A stretch of DNA of 58,231 nt, taken from a virus (Duplodnaviria > Caudoviricetes). The stretch is taken from IMG/VR virus record IMGVR_UViG_3300025759_000107, positions 1 to 58,231 of that record; one strand, 5' to 3'. The notes beneath the pieces are model-generated. The model was given only the letters and a program-made list of their open reading frames with translations. It was not told the DNA's origin and made no database searches. Both the position numbers and the translations under genes were made by a program. Positions within the stretch are counted from its first letter, which is position 1. Every line of letters starts with the position of its first letter. This document shows positions 30,035 through 43,694 of this stretch, in pieces.

Positions 30035-30240
30035 AAGAAGACGTAATGAAAAAAATAGAAGAGATGCTTGGTTTTACTGAGGACGATGTAGAGAGTTTGA
30101 GGCTGTTAGTTACAGTTGACTTACTAAAATCGGCTATGGGAATAACAGAGCAGCAAATAGACCTAGCATATGAACAAAGAATCAAGAAAGAATTGAGAAG
30201 TCTTTCGGACACATTTACAAAAATATTGGACGGGAATTGA
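30031..30240 (+). CDS. Hypothetical protein
   Basis: 69 aa, translationally coupled at both ends. Confidence 0.65.
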   Translation: MKEDVMKKIEEMLGFTEDDVESLRLLVTVDLLKSAMGITEQQIDLAYEQRIKKELRSLSDTFTKILDGN

Positions 30241-31400
30241 TGAGACTTGACTTCCAACAGTTTGAGGAATTATGTGAGCAATTAGGCTTCACACATTACC
30301 CACGTGCAGTTGGAAATCCAAGACAACATTTCATCTTTACACCCGAAGATGCTTATGCTTCTTTTGTTGAATGGAACGGTTCTAATTCGTGCTTTATCAG
30401 TACACAGGGTTATGACGGCTTGGGGTATGATGGCGGCGGTAAACAACTGCCTACGCAGATACAATACCGTCTCACCTTCTTCGACTTCGACCATGACACC
30501 AAGCCGGAGAATGCTTACGCTGATGCTGTTAAGTTATCTCAGTACCTAGAAGAACACGACATTGCTCATTGGGTTCAATATTCTGGCTCAAAGGGTTATC
30601 ATTTATTCATCATGCACAGACCGACTTTGTTCAAGTACAAACATACTGATGGTTCAGCAGATGCACTACGGAAAATCGTTAATACAACTCAGACTCACTT
30701 GAAGGTTTTACTTGGCTTAAATACACTCGATGTCCAAACTACTGGCGACCCTAAGCGGTTGTGTAGATTTCCATTTACTAAACATGTGAATAGACATGGA
30801 GAGATAAGTGGCCGCCATGCAATGCCTGTTACTAGAGAGATGCTTTATGGTGGACATGATGATATTGTGAAACATTCTTACCGTCCGAGAAATGTTGGAA
30901 ACTACATTCTGGGAAGTAAGACATTCAACTTGAAGGAACTCATTACATACATAGACGTGAGAATCAATAAGGAAGATGTGGAACTTCGTCCTGTTAACTC
31001 AAGTCAAATCAATGTCAATGTTGAAACATCACTGGGACAGTTTCTTGCTTCACTAGAAGTTAGATGCCCCGGCGTTATTAATGAGTTGAGAACAATGAAT
31101 CCATATCACAAAGCGAGAGTCCATACGGCAATGTTCGCCAAGTCTCTAGGTATGGATTTGGAGACCTTCGACGCTCTCTGGATTGAACTAGCGAATGAAA
31201 GGGGCTACGTTGATGTTGAGAATCATGATTATCGAAGACATCAACTTCGTTCAATATTTCATAACGATAGATACCACACAAATGCCAATTGTTCAACTTT
31301 GAAAAGAGACCGTTGTTGTATTGGCGACGCATGTCCTAAATATATCAAAGCATTCCCTAAGAAAAAGAAGATTAAACGCAAATGGAGCAAGAAAGTATGA
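30240..31400 (+). CDS. Archaeo-eukaryotic primase, PriS catalytic domain fused to PriL-like Fe-S domain
   Basis: FFDFD, YSGSKGYH, D...RLCRFP; C-terminal CPGV...NCSTL...CCIGDAC. Confidence 0.88.
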   Translation: MRLDFQQFEELCEQLGFTHYPRAVGNPRQHFIFTPEDAYASFVEWNGSNSCFISTQGYDGLGYDGGGKQLPTQIQYRLTFFDFDHDTKPENAYADAVKLSQYLEEHDIAHWVQYSGSKGYHLFIMHRPTLFKYKHTDGSADALRKIVNTTQTHLKVLLGLNTLDVQTTGDPKRLCRFPFTKHVNRHGEISGRHAMPVTREMLYGGHDDIVKHSYRPRNVGNYILGSKTFNLKELITYIDVRINKEDVELRPVNSSQINVNVETSLGQFLASLEVRCPGVINELRTMNPYHKARVHTAMFAKSLGMDLETFDALWIELANERGYVDVENHDYRRHQLRSIFHNDRYHTNANCSTLKRDRCCIGDACPKYIKAFPKKKKIKRKWSKKV

Positions 31401-32230
31401 CCCCCGCAAACAAGACATTCAAGCCTCAAGAAATATTAGACGACCCTGTTGCTTTTGCAGAGGCGGCGAGTAGTGGTGGATTAGGCCGTAAACTTGCCTT
31501 GTTACGCCTTCTAAGCGGTGGTAGCGTTGAAGTTGGGGAAATACCCGACTCGATAGAAGAACGCTGTGAATGGCTCGGTAGGGCTATCATAAACGAATTG
31601 TTAGATAGACAACAAAAGGTAGACCATAGAGAGCATTGGGTTATCGCTGAATATCTCAACAATCTTGGTTTTGAAATTGTTCATCTGAACACCGGGTCTG
31701 GAGACATTTCAACTCGAAGTGTTTCCGTAGAAAGAAAAGAAGATGACTTTCTACCTTCACTTTTCGACGATAGGAGATTAAGACAACTTGGTGCTATGAG
31801 AGAAGAGGCTGAGTTTTCTTATCTTGTAGTAACGAAGTCTTATGAAGAAATCAAAGCAGATGTTATGATGCGAGATGTGAACGAGAGAATCCTTCTCGGA
31901 TATATTGCTTCTCTATGTGCAGTCGGCTACCCCCCTCTATTCATCCCCGACAAGCATGACGCTGCCGAACTCATCAAGAGACTGGTCGATAAGATTGAAG
32001 ATGACGACCCTAGAGTTTACGTTCCGAGACCAAAAGGTGCGAAGCCGAGTGATTATAGAAACGCCATGATTGAATCATTACCTAAGATTGGAACTAAGAC
32101 GCGACGTAGAATAGTTGAGACATTTCCGAACTTCGCCAGTCTAGCAAATGCTACTGTTGAAGAGATAATGGCAATAGATGGAATAGGCAAGAAAACAGCC
32201 GAGAAGATTCATCGTATATTACATGATTAA
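31397..32230 (+). CDS. XPF/ERCC4 structure-specific endonuclease with tandem HhH
   Basis: VDHRE, GD...VERK..D, LPKIGTKT and IDGIGKKTAEKI HhH motifs. Confidence 0.9.
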   Translation: MTPANKTFKPQEILDDPVAFAEAASSGGLGRKLALLRLLSGGSVEVGEIPDSIEERCEWLGRAIINELLDRQQKVDHREHWVIAEYLNNLGFEIVHLNTGSGDISTRSVSVERKEDDFLPSLFDDRRLRQLGAMREEAEFSYLVVTKSYEEIKADVMMRDVNERILLGYIASLCAVGYPPLFIPDKHDAAELIKRLVDKIEDDDPRVYVPRPKGAKPSDYRNAMIESLPKIGTKTRRRIVETFPNFASLANATVEEIMAIDGIGKKTAEKIHRILHD

Positions 32231-32255
32231 ATAGGTGGGGAGTCAAAGATTTATC

Positions 32256-32453
32256 ATGCCTCAATTCCGAGTCTCAGTTGACTTTGGTAAAGAAGGAGTA
32301 GAGCAGTTAGAAGTTAACGCCAATAATGTCGGTGTTGCCTTGAAACAAGCATATGAAATAACTGCTGAAAGAAAGACGAACCCCGTTTCCGTCAATGTGG
32401 TACGTGTTATTGAAGAAGTTTGGGAAACTAGAAGCCCAGTAATGAAAGCATAA
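32256..32453 (+). CDS. Hypothetical protein
   Basis: Start MPQFRV at 32256, 22 nt after the GGTGGGG promoter motif. Confidence 0.65.
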   Translation: MPQFRVSVDFGKEGVEQLEVNANNVGVALKQAYEITAERKTNPVSVNVVRVIEEVWETRSPVMKA

Positions 32454-32492
32454 ACACAGTAATGAACCACGTCGGGGGACTTGAACATAGAC

Positions 32493-32831
32493 ATGATACC
32501 ACACTCTGAAAAATTAACTTGGACGACAAGCGGTGCGTTCGGTATGGAACTTCTCGGTATTGATGAGAATGGAGACCACGTTGCTACCGTTGTATGCAAA
32601 TCAGATGGGACATGGACATTCGTTTTTACAGGCTATGCAGGTCGAGGAACTATTCAAGTCGGCAACGGTTGTGATTACAATCCATTACATATGGTAGAAG
32701 TCCTAAGAACACATTTTATTGAACCCGAAGAAGAAAGTAATTATATTCCATTCAAACCTAAAATGAAGAAAGCAGACATTGACCCAAACTGGGTTAAGTG
32801 GGACGAAGGATGGAGTGAAGAATGGTCTTAA
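32493..32831 (+). CDS. Hypothetical protein
   Basis: ORF track frame; ATG at 32493. Confidence 0.6.
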   Translation: MIPHSEKLTWTTSGAFGMELLGIDENGDHVATVVCKSDGTWTFVFTGYAGRGTIQVGNGCDYNPLHMVEVLRTHFIEPEEESNYIPFKPKMKKADIDPNWVKWDEGWSEEWS

Positions 32832-33114
32832 CATGGTCTCAGACTGGTGCTAATAATCGCACTGAAATGTTGGCTTTTACGAACTCTTCCGTGTCTGGAC
32901 AGCATAGTGGTATTCATCTTACGAAGAGAGACGACGGCATGTGGGTTGTGTTTCACGAAGGAGCAGAATACGTTATGCCAGACAGGACAGGAACAGAAGA
33001 AGCAGCACGTGAGTTTCTAATTTCCATGCTTGGTGGCAAAAAGTTATCTAATAGAAACGAGGATAAACCCTTTATCCGGTTCAATGACCACGAAAGAGGG
33101 GCATCCTTCGATGT

Positions 33115-33130
<16 letters not shown>
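32822..33130 (+). CDS. Hypothetical protein
   Basis: 102 aa with GGAGTGA SD-like site; overlaps neighbours. Confidence 0.6.
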
Positions 33131-36531
<3,401 letters not shown>

Positions 36532-36541
36532 GGTGTGATGA

Positions 36542-39343
36542 ATGGCAGATAATTTCAAAGTTGACGGAGATATAGAAGTCGAAGATGGTATAAAGTTCGG
36601 AGATGGAACTAGACAAACAACCGCTTCTAGTGGAATAGCAGGGCCTACAGGACCGGCAGGGCCTACAGGTCCAACGGGTTCTACTGGAGCGACAGGACCG
36701 GCAGGTGCAACAGGTCCAGCAGGTTCGACAGGACCGACAGGTGCAACAGGACCGACAGGGCCGACAGGTCCTACAGGAGCAACAGGTCCTACAGGAGCAG
36801 CAGGGCCACCCGGTCCTACAGGTCCGACTGGTGGAGATGGACCAACTGGTCCAACAGGTTCTACTGGGCCTACAGGTTCTACTGGACCGACAGGAACAGC
36901 CGCAGGGTTCGGTACACCTACCGCAAGTACAGGACCAATAGGTGTAACAGCGTCCGGTCCTAACACAGCCAAAGTTTTTGCTTTTAGTATTCCTCAAGGA
37001 GACACCGGAGCGACAGGTGCAACAGGGCCACCCGGCCCAACTGGTCCGACAGGGGCTACTGGACCTACTGGAAATACAGGTCCAACTGGAAATACAGGTC
37101 CAACTGGAGCGACTGGTCCAACAGGTGCGACAGGTCCACCCGGCCCAACTGGTGCTGTTGGTCCAGCAGGTAGTGTTGGTCCAGAGGGTCTAGTTTGGAA
37201 AGGTACATGGGCTACTTCGACTGCTTATGCAGTTGACGATGCTGTTTATTATTCCGTTGAGGAATCATCTTACATTTGTATTCAAGCACATACATCGGGT
37301 GCAATAACTCCGACTAACACATCTTATTGGAGCATCTTAGCAGCACAGGGAGATACAGGTCCTACAGGTCCGACAGGGGCTACAGGTCCAGCCGGACCAC
37401 CCGGCCCTACTGGTGGCACTGGTGTAGCCGGACCACCCGGCCCAACCGGAGCGACAGGGCCTACTGGAGCAACAGGTCCGACTGGTAGCACTGGACCAAC
37501 AGGAACGGCAGCAGGGTTTGGAACACCCACAGCAAGCACTGGTCCTATTGGTGTGTCTTCAAGTGGTCCAGACACCGCTAAAGTATTCGCTTTCTCGATA
37601 CCCGCAGGGGATGTAGGCCCAACAGGTGCAGCAGGTCCACCCGGTTCTACTGGTCCTACTGGCCCTGCTGGTGCGGCAGCAGGTTTCGGAACTCCTACTG
37701 CTAGTACAGGTCCTATTGGTGTTACAGCAAGCGGTCCTAATACCGCTAAAGTATTCGCATTTTCTATACCACAGGGAGCAACTGGCGCAACAGGGCCTAC
37801 TGGGGCTACTGGTCCACCCGGTCCTACCGGACCTACTGGTGCTACAGGACCTACTGGTCCTACAGGACCTACTGGTCCTACAGGTGCTACCGGACCTACT
37901 GGTGCTGTTGGTCCTACTGGAGCGACTGGTCCGGCTGCCGGATTTGGAACACCCACAGCCTCTACCGGACCTATCGGAGTAACCGCTAGTGGACCGGACA
38001 CGGCTAAAGTATTTGCATTCAGCATACCTGCGGGTGCTACTGGGCCAACAGGTGCTACTGGAACAGCAGCAGGTTTTGGAACTCCAACCGCTTCTACTGG
38101 CCCTATTGGAGTAACGGCTAGTGGACCGGACACAGCGAAAGTCTTTGCCTTTTCAATACCTCAAGGTGCGGCAGGTCCTACAGGACCAACAGGGCCTACT
38201 GGTCCTATTGGACCAACCGGACCTGCGGGGGCTACAGGACCTACTGGTGCTGCGGCTGGCTTCGGCACTCCGACAGCCTCAACTGGTCCTGTTGGAGTAA
38301 CGGCTAGTGGTCCTGACACAGCCAAAGTATTTGCTTTCTCTATACCTAGTGGTGCAACAGGTCCAATAGGGCCAACAGGTGCTACTGGTCCTACAGGTCC
38401 GGCTGGTCCTACAGGTCCGGCAGGGCCTACTGGACCTACAGGTGCTACTGGGCCAACCGGCCCTGCCGCCGGATTTGGAACACCTACCGCAAGCACAGGT
38501 CCAATAGGCGTAACTGCCTCTGGACCAAATACTGCTAAGGTGTTTGCATTCTCGATACCGGCGGGTGCTACTGGACCTACTGGTCCACCCGGTGCAACAG
38601 GACCTACTGGACCTGCCGGACCTACTGGGCCACCCGGTGGAACAGGGCCAACAGGACCTACCGGACCAACTGGTTCTACAGGTGCTACTGGACCTACCGG
38701 ACCAACTGGACCTGCCGGAGCGACTGGACCTACCGGACCTACCGGACCAACTGGTGCAATTTCATGGGAAAATGTTTGGGCTGATGGTAATTACTCCATA
38801 GGTGATGTTGTTACTCACGAAGGCGGTACTTACATTGCGGTGGCTGGTGTAACTTTTGGCGAAAATCCACCCAATGATTCGAGTAGATGGCAAACATTAG
38901 CAACACCCGCTAAGTTTTTCATTACAGCAGAATGGAATGACCAATATTATTCATCAAGTCTTAGAAACGGTTGGAGATTTTCTTTTGGTAGTGGTATCAA
39001 TAACGTAAACAACACTGATGGTTCAACAAATCCAATGGGTGCAGTAATACCGTTTGATTGCGAACTTAAGGAAATACGTTGGTTCGTAGGTAATGTCGGT
39101 GCGGAAACCGGGTCTACTTCTTTCATTCACAAGATTACAAAGAACGGTTCGGATTTAGCAACAACATATTCTTGGGCTTCAACCGGAAGCGGTGGTACTT
39201 CCTATACAAGAACCGCATCACCGAATCTTGGCTTTGTTGCAGGTGATACATTCAATCTACGATTAACTAGCCCGTCATCATATGTAAGTACAAATCAAGT
39301 GGGAAGAGTAAGAGTAGTGTTTTATTTTGAAATGAAGGAGTGA
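36542..39343 (+). CDS. Collagen-like fibre protein 2
   Basis: GXY repeats broken by seven [29 protein letters not shown] modules, two carbohydrate-binding-like modules, globular C-terminal domain. Confidence 0.85.
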   Translation: MADNFKVDGDIEVEDGIKFGDGTRQTTASSGIAGPTGPAGPTGPTGSTGATGPAGATGPAGSTGPTGATGPTGPTGPTGATGPTGAAGPPGPTGPTGGDGPTGPTGSTGPTGSTGPTGTAAGFGTPTASTGPIGVTASGPNTAKVFAFSIPQGDTGATGATGPPGPTGPTGATGPTGNTGPTGNTGPTGATGPTGATGPPGPTGAVGPAGSVGPEGLVWKGTWATSTAYAVDDAVYYSVEESSYICIQAHTSGAITPTNTSYWSILAAQGDTGPTGPTGATGPAGPPGPTGGTGVAGPPGPTGATGPTGATGPTGSTGPTGTAAGFGTPTASTGPIGVSSSGPDTAKVFAFSIPAGDVGPTGAAGPPGSTGPTGPAGAAAGFGTPTASTGPIGVTASGPNTAKVFAFSIPQGATGATGPTGATGPPGPTGPTGATGPTGPTGPTGPTGATGPTGAVGPTGATGPAAGFGTPTASTGPIGVTASGPDTAKVFAFSIPAGATGPTGATGTAAGFGTPTASTGPIGVTASGPDTAKVFAFSIPQGAAGPTGPTGPTGPIGPTGPAGATGPTGAAAGFGTPTASTGPVGVTASGPDTAKVFAFSIPSGATGPIGPTGATGPTGPAGPTGPAGPTGPTGATGPTGPAAGFGTPTASTGPIGVTASGPNTAKVFAFSIPAGATGPTGPPGATGPTGPAGPTGPPGGTGPTGPTGPTGSTGATGPTGPTGPAGATGPTGPTGPTGAISWENVWADGNYSIGDVVTHEGGTYIAVAGVTFGENPPNDSSRWQTLATPAKFFITAEWNDQYYSSSLRNGWRFSFGSGINNVNNTDGSTNPMGAVIPFDCELKEIRWFVGNVGAETGSTSFIHKITKNGSDLATTYSWASTGSGGTSYTRTASPNLGFVAGDTFNLRLTSPSSYVSTNQVGRVRVVFYFEMKE

Positions 39344-39957
39344 TAAAAATGAGCAGAAGTTTTGAAAGTGAAGAATTAGCAGAGAAAAGATTGAAAGCAA
39401 CCCAAAGAGAATGGTTGAGAAGAATACAAAACGCATACGGTGAGAACTATTATGATACTTTAACCGAATCAGAGAAAGCCGAACTTGACACTTTTAGAAC
39501 TGCTATGAAGAACTTATCTTCTATTGCTACTAAATCGACTTTTCATGATGATGGTGTATTCCCATCTATCCCATCTTGGTTCGACTATGGAGAGTTGGAA
39601 GAGGAACAAGGTGTGTCAAGAGCAGCAGCAGGTCCTACAGGGCCTACTGGTCCGACTGGTCCTACTGGCCCTGCCGGAAGTAACGGAGCAACAGGTCCAC
39701 CCGGTCCTCAAGGTGCTACTGGACCTACCGGACCTGCGGGTGCAACTGGCCCTCAAGGTGCTGCTGGAGCGACAGGACCTACTGGTCCACCCGGTAGTGG
39801 TGGCGGCGGTGGTGAGATTTTAGTAACGGGTGATGGTGGAAGAATAAATACGTCTCTTACTGAAATGTCAATTGACTCAAGAAACGGAACAGTATCGTTT
39901 GTTTTTGCAGATGGCACAAGTCTTGTTAATGTTCCAGCAGATTACATTAGTGGTTGA
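39340..39957 (+). CDS. Fibre-assembly-chaperone-like domain fused to short collagen
   Basis: N-terminal [12 protein letters not shown]...FPSIPSWF resembles tail-fibre assembly chaperones; then about 20 GXY triplets. Confidence 0.65.
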   Translation: MIKMSRSFESEELAEKRLKATQREWLRRIQNAYGENYYDTLTESEKAELDTFRTAMKNLSSIATKSTFHDDGVFPSIPSWFDYGELEEEQGVSRAAAGPTGPTGPTGPTGPAGSNGATGPPGPQGATGPTGPAGATGPQGAAGATGPTGPPGSGGGGGEILVTGDGGRINTSLTEMSIDSRNGTVSFVFADGTSLVNVPADYISG

Positions 39958-39963
39958 TACTTT

Positions 39964-40506
39964 ATGTATGAAGGAACAGCATCATATAACGAAGAGTACG
40001 TTTTGATGACCCCACCTAGAACTGGTGGGCGTTATCTTTTCACTATTTTACAGCCGCATGGTTTTCTCGGTGGTGGTGGTGGTGAACCGAAGCGCATGAG
40101 TCATTCTTGGTCTGTTCCAGAACATGCTAAGGACTTCCCTAGAATACTATCAGTGCGAAACCCGTTTTCCCGGCTTGTGTCGTTCTATCAATTAATCAAA
40201 AATCATTGGCAACCTAATCATCAATACAACAAAAATACGTTTGAAGAGTTTGTTGACTTCGTAACTGAACGTGAAAATATACTAGAACCACTTACTCATT
40301 ACATTGATGACGGAACATACATTTTTATTCACTTTGAAACCTTTGAAGACGACTTTCATTCTCTTCCTTTCATCAATAATGAAGAAGTTAATTTGTTGCG
40401 GAGCATCACAGATTGGAAAAGTTACTACAACAATGAAACTAAAGAGAAAGTTAGAGTCTACTATGCTGAGGATTTCACAAAGTTCGGTTATGATGACGAT
40501 TTTTAA
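39964..40506 (+). CDS. Sulfotransferase family protein
   Basis: 5'-PSB-like PPRTGG, 3'-PB SVRNPFSRLVSFY, C-terminal YAEDFTKFGY. Confidence 0.85.
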   Translation: MYEGTASYNEEYVLMTPPRTGGRYLFTILQPHGFLGGGGGEPKRMSHSWSVPEHAKDFPRILSVRNPFSRLVSFYQLIKNHWQPNHQYNKNTFEEFVDFVTERENILEPLTHYIDDGTYIFIHFETFEDDFHSLPFINNEEVNLLRSITDWKSYYNNETKEKVRVYYAEDFTKFGYDDDF

Positions 40507-40714
40507 GACGGAACTCCGTACTTCCGTTTAATCCAACCTTCCGTGTATCAACTTCCGGCATTCTTTGAAGAACTTGACTCATTTCTCGACTGTTTGGGGC
40601 ATACTTTGGATATTTTTTTCCAAAATAATATAACACTTCATGAGAAGTCATCCAACGACCCGTCGGCATACATGATTTTACTTGGTCCATCATCCGTTGG
40701 CGACGTTGAGCCAT
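40475..40714 (-). CDS. Winged-helix protein (DUF3860-like)
   Basis: WMTSHEV...PNSREMSQVLQR pattern like the ORF at 54238; minus-strand CTTACAAA TATA-like box about 29 nt upstream. Confidence 0.55.
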   Translation of the reverse strand: MAQRRQRMMDQVKSCMPTGRWMTSHEVLYYFGKKYPKYAPNSREMSQVLQRMPEVDTRKVGLNGSTEFRLKNRHHNRTL

Positions 40715-40843
40715 GTTTACGACGCTGCGTAATCGTTTGTAAGCATTTCCATAGTTTCAAAACCCGCAGACAATACAGTACATCGGACAGAATGAGGTTT
40801 ATGAGCGATAGTAGTTAATATAGGTGTGAACAGACGAATAAAC

Positions 40844-41329
40844 ATGGAAGAAACCGTTGAAATGCAAATGTTATACTCAAATTGGGAGCAAGCCCAACAG
40901 GATTTTATCGCTAGAAACGCTTTTGAGACTAGATTGAAGGCAATGCAACGTGATGACCCTCTAAAAGCCGATAATTATGTTAAAGCACACATTGACGCAC
41001 TCCACGTCCTTCTCGGAACACTCGACCAATACGAAAAACACCTTTTGAGCGACTTCAAGGAGTACCCGTATGCGTATTCAGCAATGATTCAAGTCATAGG
41101 CAACACAAATCGACAATTTCAGATGCTAATGCGTTTACTTGGACCAATAGATGATGAAGTTATCAAAAATTGCCTTGATACTATCGCTACAGACCGTCCA
41201 CTTGAATTAATTAATGGAATTGACCATTTCAATGATGTTTTTCTTGGTTCGTTGTTTGCGGAGCGTCAACAACGTGCTTCTAAACAAGCAATTGATGATT
41301 GGGATAACGCAAAGGTCGAAGAAGAGTGA
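40844..41329 (+). CDS. Hypothetical protein
   Basis: Start MEETVE at 40844 after TTAATATA-GGTGTG; helical composition. Confidence 0.7.
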   Translation: MEETVEMQMLYSNWEQAQQDFIARNAFETRLKAMQRDDPLKADNYVKAHIDALHVLLGTLDQYEKHLLSDFKEYPYAYSAMIQVIGNTNRQFQMLMRLLGPIDDEVIKNCLDTIATDRPLELINGIDHFNDVFLGSLFAERQQRASKQAIDDWDNAKVEEE

Positions 41330-41333
41330 TAAA

Positions 41334-41630
41334 ATGAATTATAGACGATTATTTAGATACCTAATAGGAATGATGATTGGTGGTTTGGGTTTATTCAATT
41401 CTTACAAGTTAGAAATCAGATATGAGACGAATAGTAACCTAGAATTGTTGTGTCAAAATGGAATTATCGTTTCTACGCTATTTATCATATATTTTTGGTT
41501 AGCATTCTTCATAGAAATCTTAGTAGTGAAAAATAAAAAGAGAATCCGAAAAAAGACAGTCAGTGCATTTACAAAACCACTTAATGCAACTGAGTTTTAT
41601 GAAAAACACACAAAAGATGAAGAAGAGTGA
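41334..41630 (+). CDS. Small membrane protein
   Basis: Two hydrophobic segments and a basic tail; ATG at 41334. Confidence 0.6.
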   Translation: MNYRRLFRYLIGMMIGGLGLFNSYKLEIRYETNSNLELLCQNGIIVSTLFIIYFWLAFFIEILVVKNKKRIRKKTVSAFTKPLNATEFYEKHTKDEEE

Positions 41631-41634
41631 AAAA

Positions 41635-42228
41635 ATGAAAGTTTTAGTCGCTTGTGAGTATTCTGGGCGAGTTAGAGAGGCTTTTCGTGCTAAAGGGCAT
41701 GATGCGTGGTCTTGCGACCTTCTTGAGTCCGATGACGACTCTCCATATCATATACAGGGCGATGTAAGGGATATTCTTGATGATGGATGGGATTTAATGG
41801 TCGCACATCCACCTTGTACGTACTTTACGAACAGTGGGGTCTCTTGGCTACATAAAGACGCTACAAGATGGCTTAAACTCGATGAGGCAGCAGTATTCTT
41901 CAATCTATTACTTGATTGCGATATTCCATTGAAGTGTATCGAGAATCCTATCCCTCACAAGTATGCAGTATCAAGAATCGGTGGACGTAAATATACTCAG
42001 ATAATTCAACCATATCAATTCGGTCATAAAGAAACTAAAGCGACCTGCCTTTGGTTGCAGGGCTTACCGAAGTTAGAGCCGACTACGGATTTGAAAGACG
42101 AAACTATGGCTCTACCTAAGAACGTCCGTCAAAGACTTCACTATTTACCGCCAAGCCCGGACAGATGGAAAATAAGAAGTACGACCTTTCAAGGAATTGC
42201 AGATGCAATGGCTGAACAGTGGGGATGA
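41635..42228 (+). CDS. Short phage-type DNA cytosine methyltransferase-like protein
   Basis: MKVLVACEYSG, WSCD, AHPPCT, IENP, QFGH, RS.TFQGIADAMAEQWG. Confidence 0.8.
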   Translation: MKVLVACEYSGRVREAFRAKGHDAWSCDLLESDDDSPYHIQGDVRDILDDGWDLMVAHPPCTYFTNSGVSWLHKDATRWLKLDEAAVFFNLLLDCDIPLKCIENPIPHKYAVSRIGGRKYTQIIQPYQFGHKETKATCLWLQGLPKLEPTTDLKDETMALPKNVRQRLHYLPPSPDRWKIRSTTFQGIADAMAEQWG

Positions 42229-42231
42229 AAC

Positions 42232-43089
42232 ATGGTTGTCGTATTATCTCTGTTTGATGGTATCTCATGTGGCAGAGTTGCACTAGAACGTGCGGGCATC
42301 AAGGTTACTCGATATTATGCTAGTGAGATAGATTCACACGCTATTAAAATATCCAAAAAGAATTACCCCGACATAATACATTTGGGTGATGTGAAGAATT
42401 GGCGTGAATGGGATTTACCTAAGATTGATTTAATCATTGGTGGTAGCCCATGTCAAGGTTTCTCTTTTGCAGGTAAGGAACTGAACTTTGATGACCCCCG
42501 TAGTAAATTATTCTTTGAGTTTGTGGATATACTAAATTACTATAAACCCAAATATTTCTTATTGGAAAATGTAAGGATGAAACAAGAATATCAAGACATA
42601 ATTAGCAATTATCTCGGAGTTCAACCTATTAAAATAAATAGTGCATTGGTATCAGCCCAAAATAGGAATAGATTATATTGGACTAACATCCCTAATATTT
42701 CTCAACCCTTAGACAAAGGTATAATATTAAAAGATGTTTTGGATGGTGATGAGTCTATTGATTTTATAAATTACTTTGATATAATGAAGCCAGTAAATAG
42801 TAAATCTAATCGAGTAGGAATAATCGGGAAGGGCGGTCAAGGAGATAGAATATATACTACGGATAAAAAGTCCGTGACTCTTATGGCTAAAAGTGGTGGG
42901 ACAGGTGCAAAAACAGGATTATATTTGACGGGTGAAAAGACTGTTAGAATGTTGATGCCTAATGAATGTGAAAGATTACAAAACCTTCCCGATAATTATA
43001 CCGAAGGAGTAAGTAAGGCTCAAAGATATAAAATGCTTGGTAATGGTTGGACAGTTGATGTTATTGCTCACATTTTGAGGGGCATATAG
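42232..43089 (+). CDS. DNA (cytosine-5) methyltransferase
   Basis: SLFDG, GGSPCQGFS, ENV, QNRNR, ECERLQ, LGNGW. Confidence 0.95.
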   Translation: MVVVLSLFDGISCGRVALERAGIKVTRYYASEIDSHAIKISKKNYPDIIHLGDVKNWREWDLPKIDLIIGGSPCQGFSFAGKELNFDDPRSKLFFEFVDILNYYKPKYFLLENVRMKQEYQDIISNYLGVQPIKINSALVSAQNRNRLYWTNIPNISQPLDKGIILKDVLDGDESIDFINYFDIMKPVNSKSNRVGIIGKGGQGDRIYTTDKKSVTLMAKSGGTGAKTGLYLTGEKTVRMLMPNECERLQNLPDNYTEGVSKAQRYKMLGNGWTVDVIAHILRGI

Positions 43090-43129
43090 CGACTATCTTA
43101 TATATGGTAGCACAGTCGGAGAAATCAGC

Positions 43130-43189
43130 ATGACGTGGGAAGAATACTTCAAACGGAAAGCAGCATACAAAAGGAGACAAAGAAAATGA
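43130..43189 (+). CDS. 19-aa basic peptide MTWEEYFKRKAAYKRRQRK
   Basis: Leaderless ATG about 30 nt after TTATATA; stop overlaps the next ATG (43186). Confidence 0.45.
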   Translation: MTWEEYFKRKAAYKRRQRK

Positions 43190-43506
43190 GTAGAACAAGT
43201 GCAGAAGCAGCAGAGCGAGTAAAGAGACTAAAACAAGGAAACGAAGTAATGGCTGAGAAGTGGAAAATGAAACCTTCATCTTTGACAGCAATGTATCATT
43301 GTGTTATTCCAGAAGAGGACTCAATGAACGTCTGTTCCATCTGTTTGTGTCTTGAGGACGAACCTTACAACTATGGTGAAGAAATCGAGCCAACAACATA
43401 CGACGGAGACTGCGACGAATGTCATGGCGAGTCTCTACCATATGCAATAATGGACAGTGGCGAGTTCTTTACCACAGGCAATAATGGACAGTACAGTGGT
43501 GAGTGA
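43186..43506 (+). CDS. Hypothetical Cys-containing protein
   Basis: Start MSRTSAE at 43186 with AGGAG; CSIC...CDEC. Confidence 0.65.
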   Translation: MSRTSAEAAERVKRLKQGNEVMAEKWKMKPSSLTAMYHCVIPEEDSMNVCSICLCLEDEPYNYGEEIEPTTYDGDCDECHGESLPYAIMDSGEFFTTGNNGQYSGE

Positions 43507-43507
43507 A

Positions 43508-43678
43508 ATGAAGTTCAAGAAAATATTTGGAAAAGAGAAGGACGAGAATATATTTGAAGTGAATGTAAAAACTGGTACTGCTAGAATCTTGAAAACAGAA
43601 ATAGCGGCAGTTGTGTATCATGAAAATGGTGCAGACATACATATGAAAAGTGGTACTATTTTTCAAGTCATAAATTAA
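43508..43678 (+). CDS. Hypothetical protein
   Basis: 56 aa from ATG 43508 with GGTGA SD. Confidence 0.55.
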   Translation: MKFKKIFGKEKDENIFEVNVKTGTARILKTEIAAVVYHENGADIHMKSGTIFQVIN

Positions 43679-43694
43679 CATTGGTGGGTAAGTA

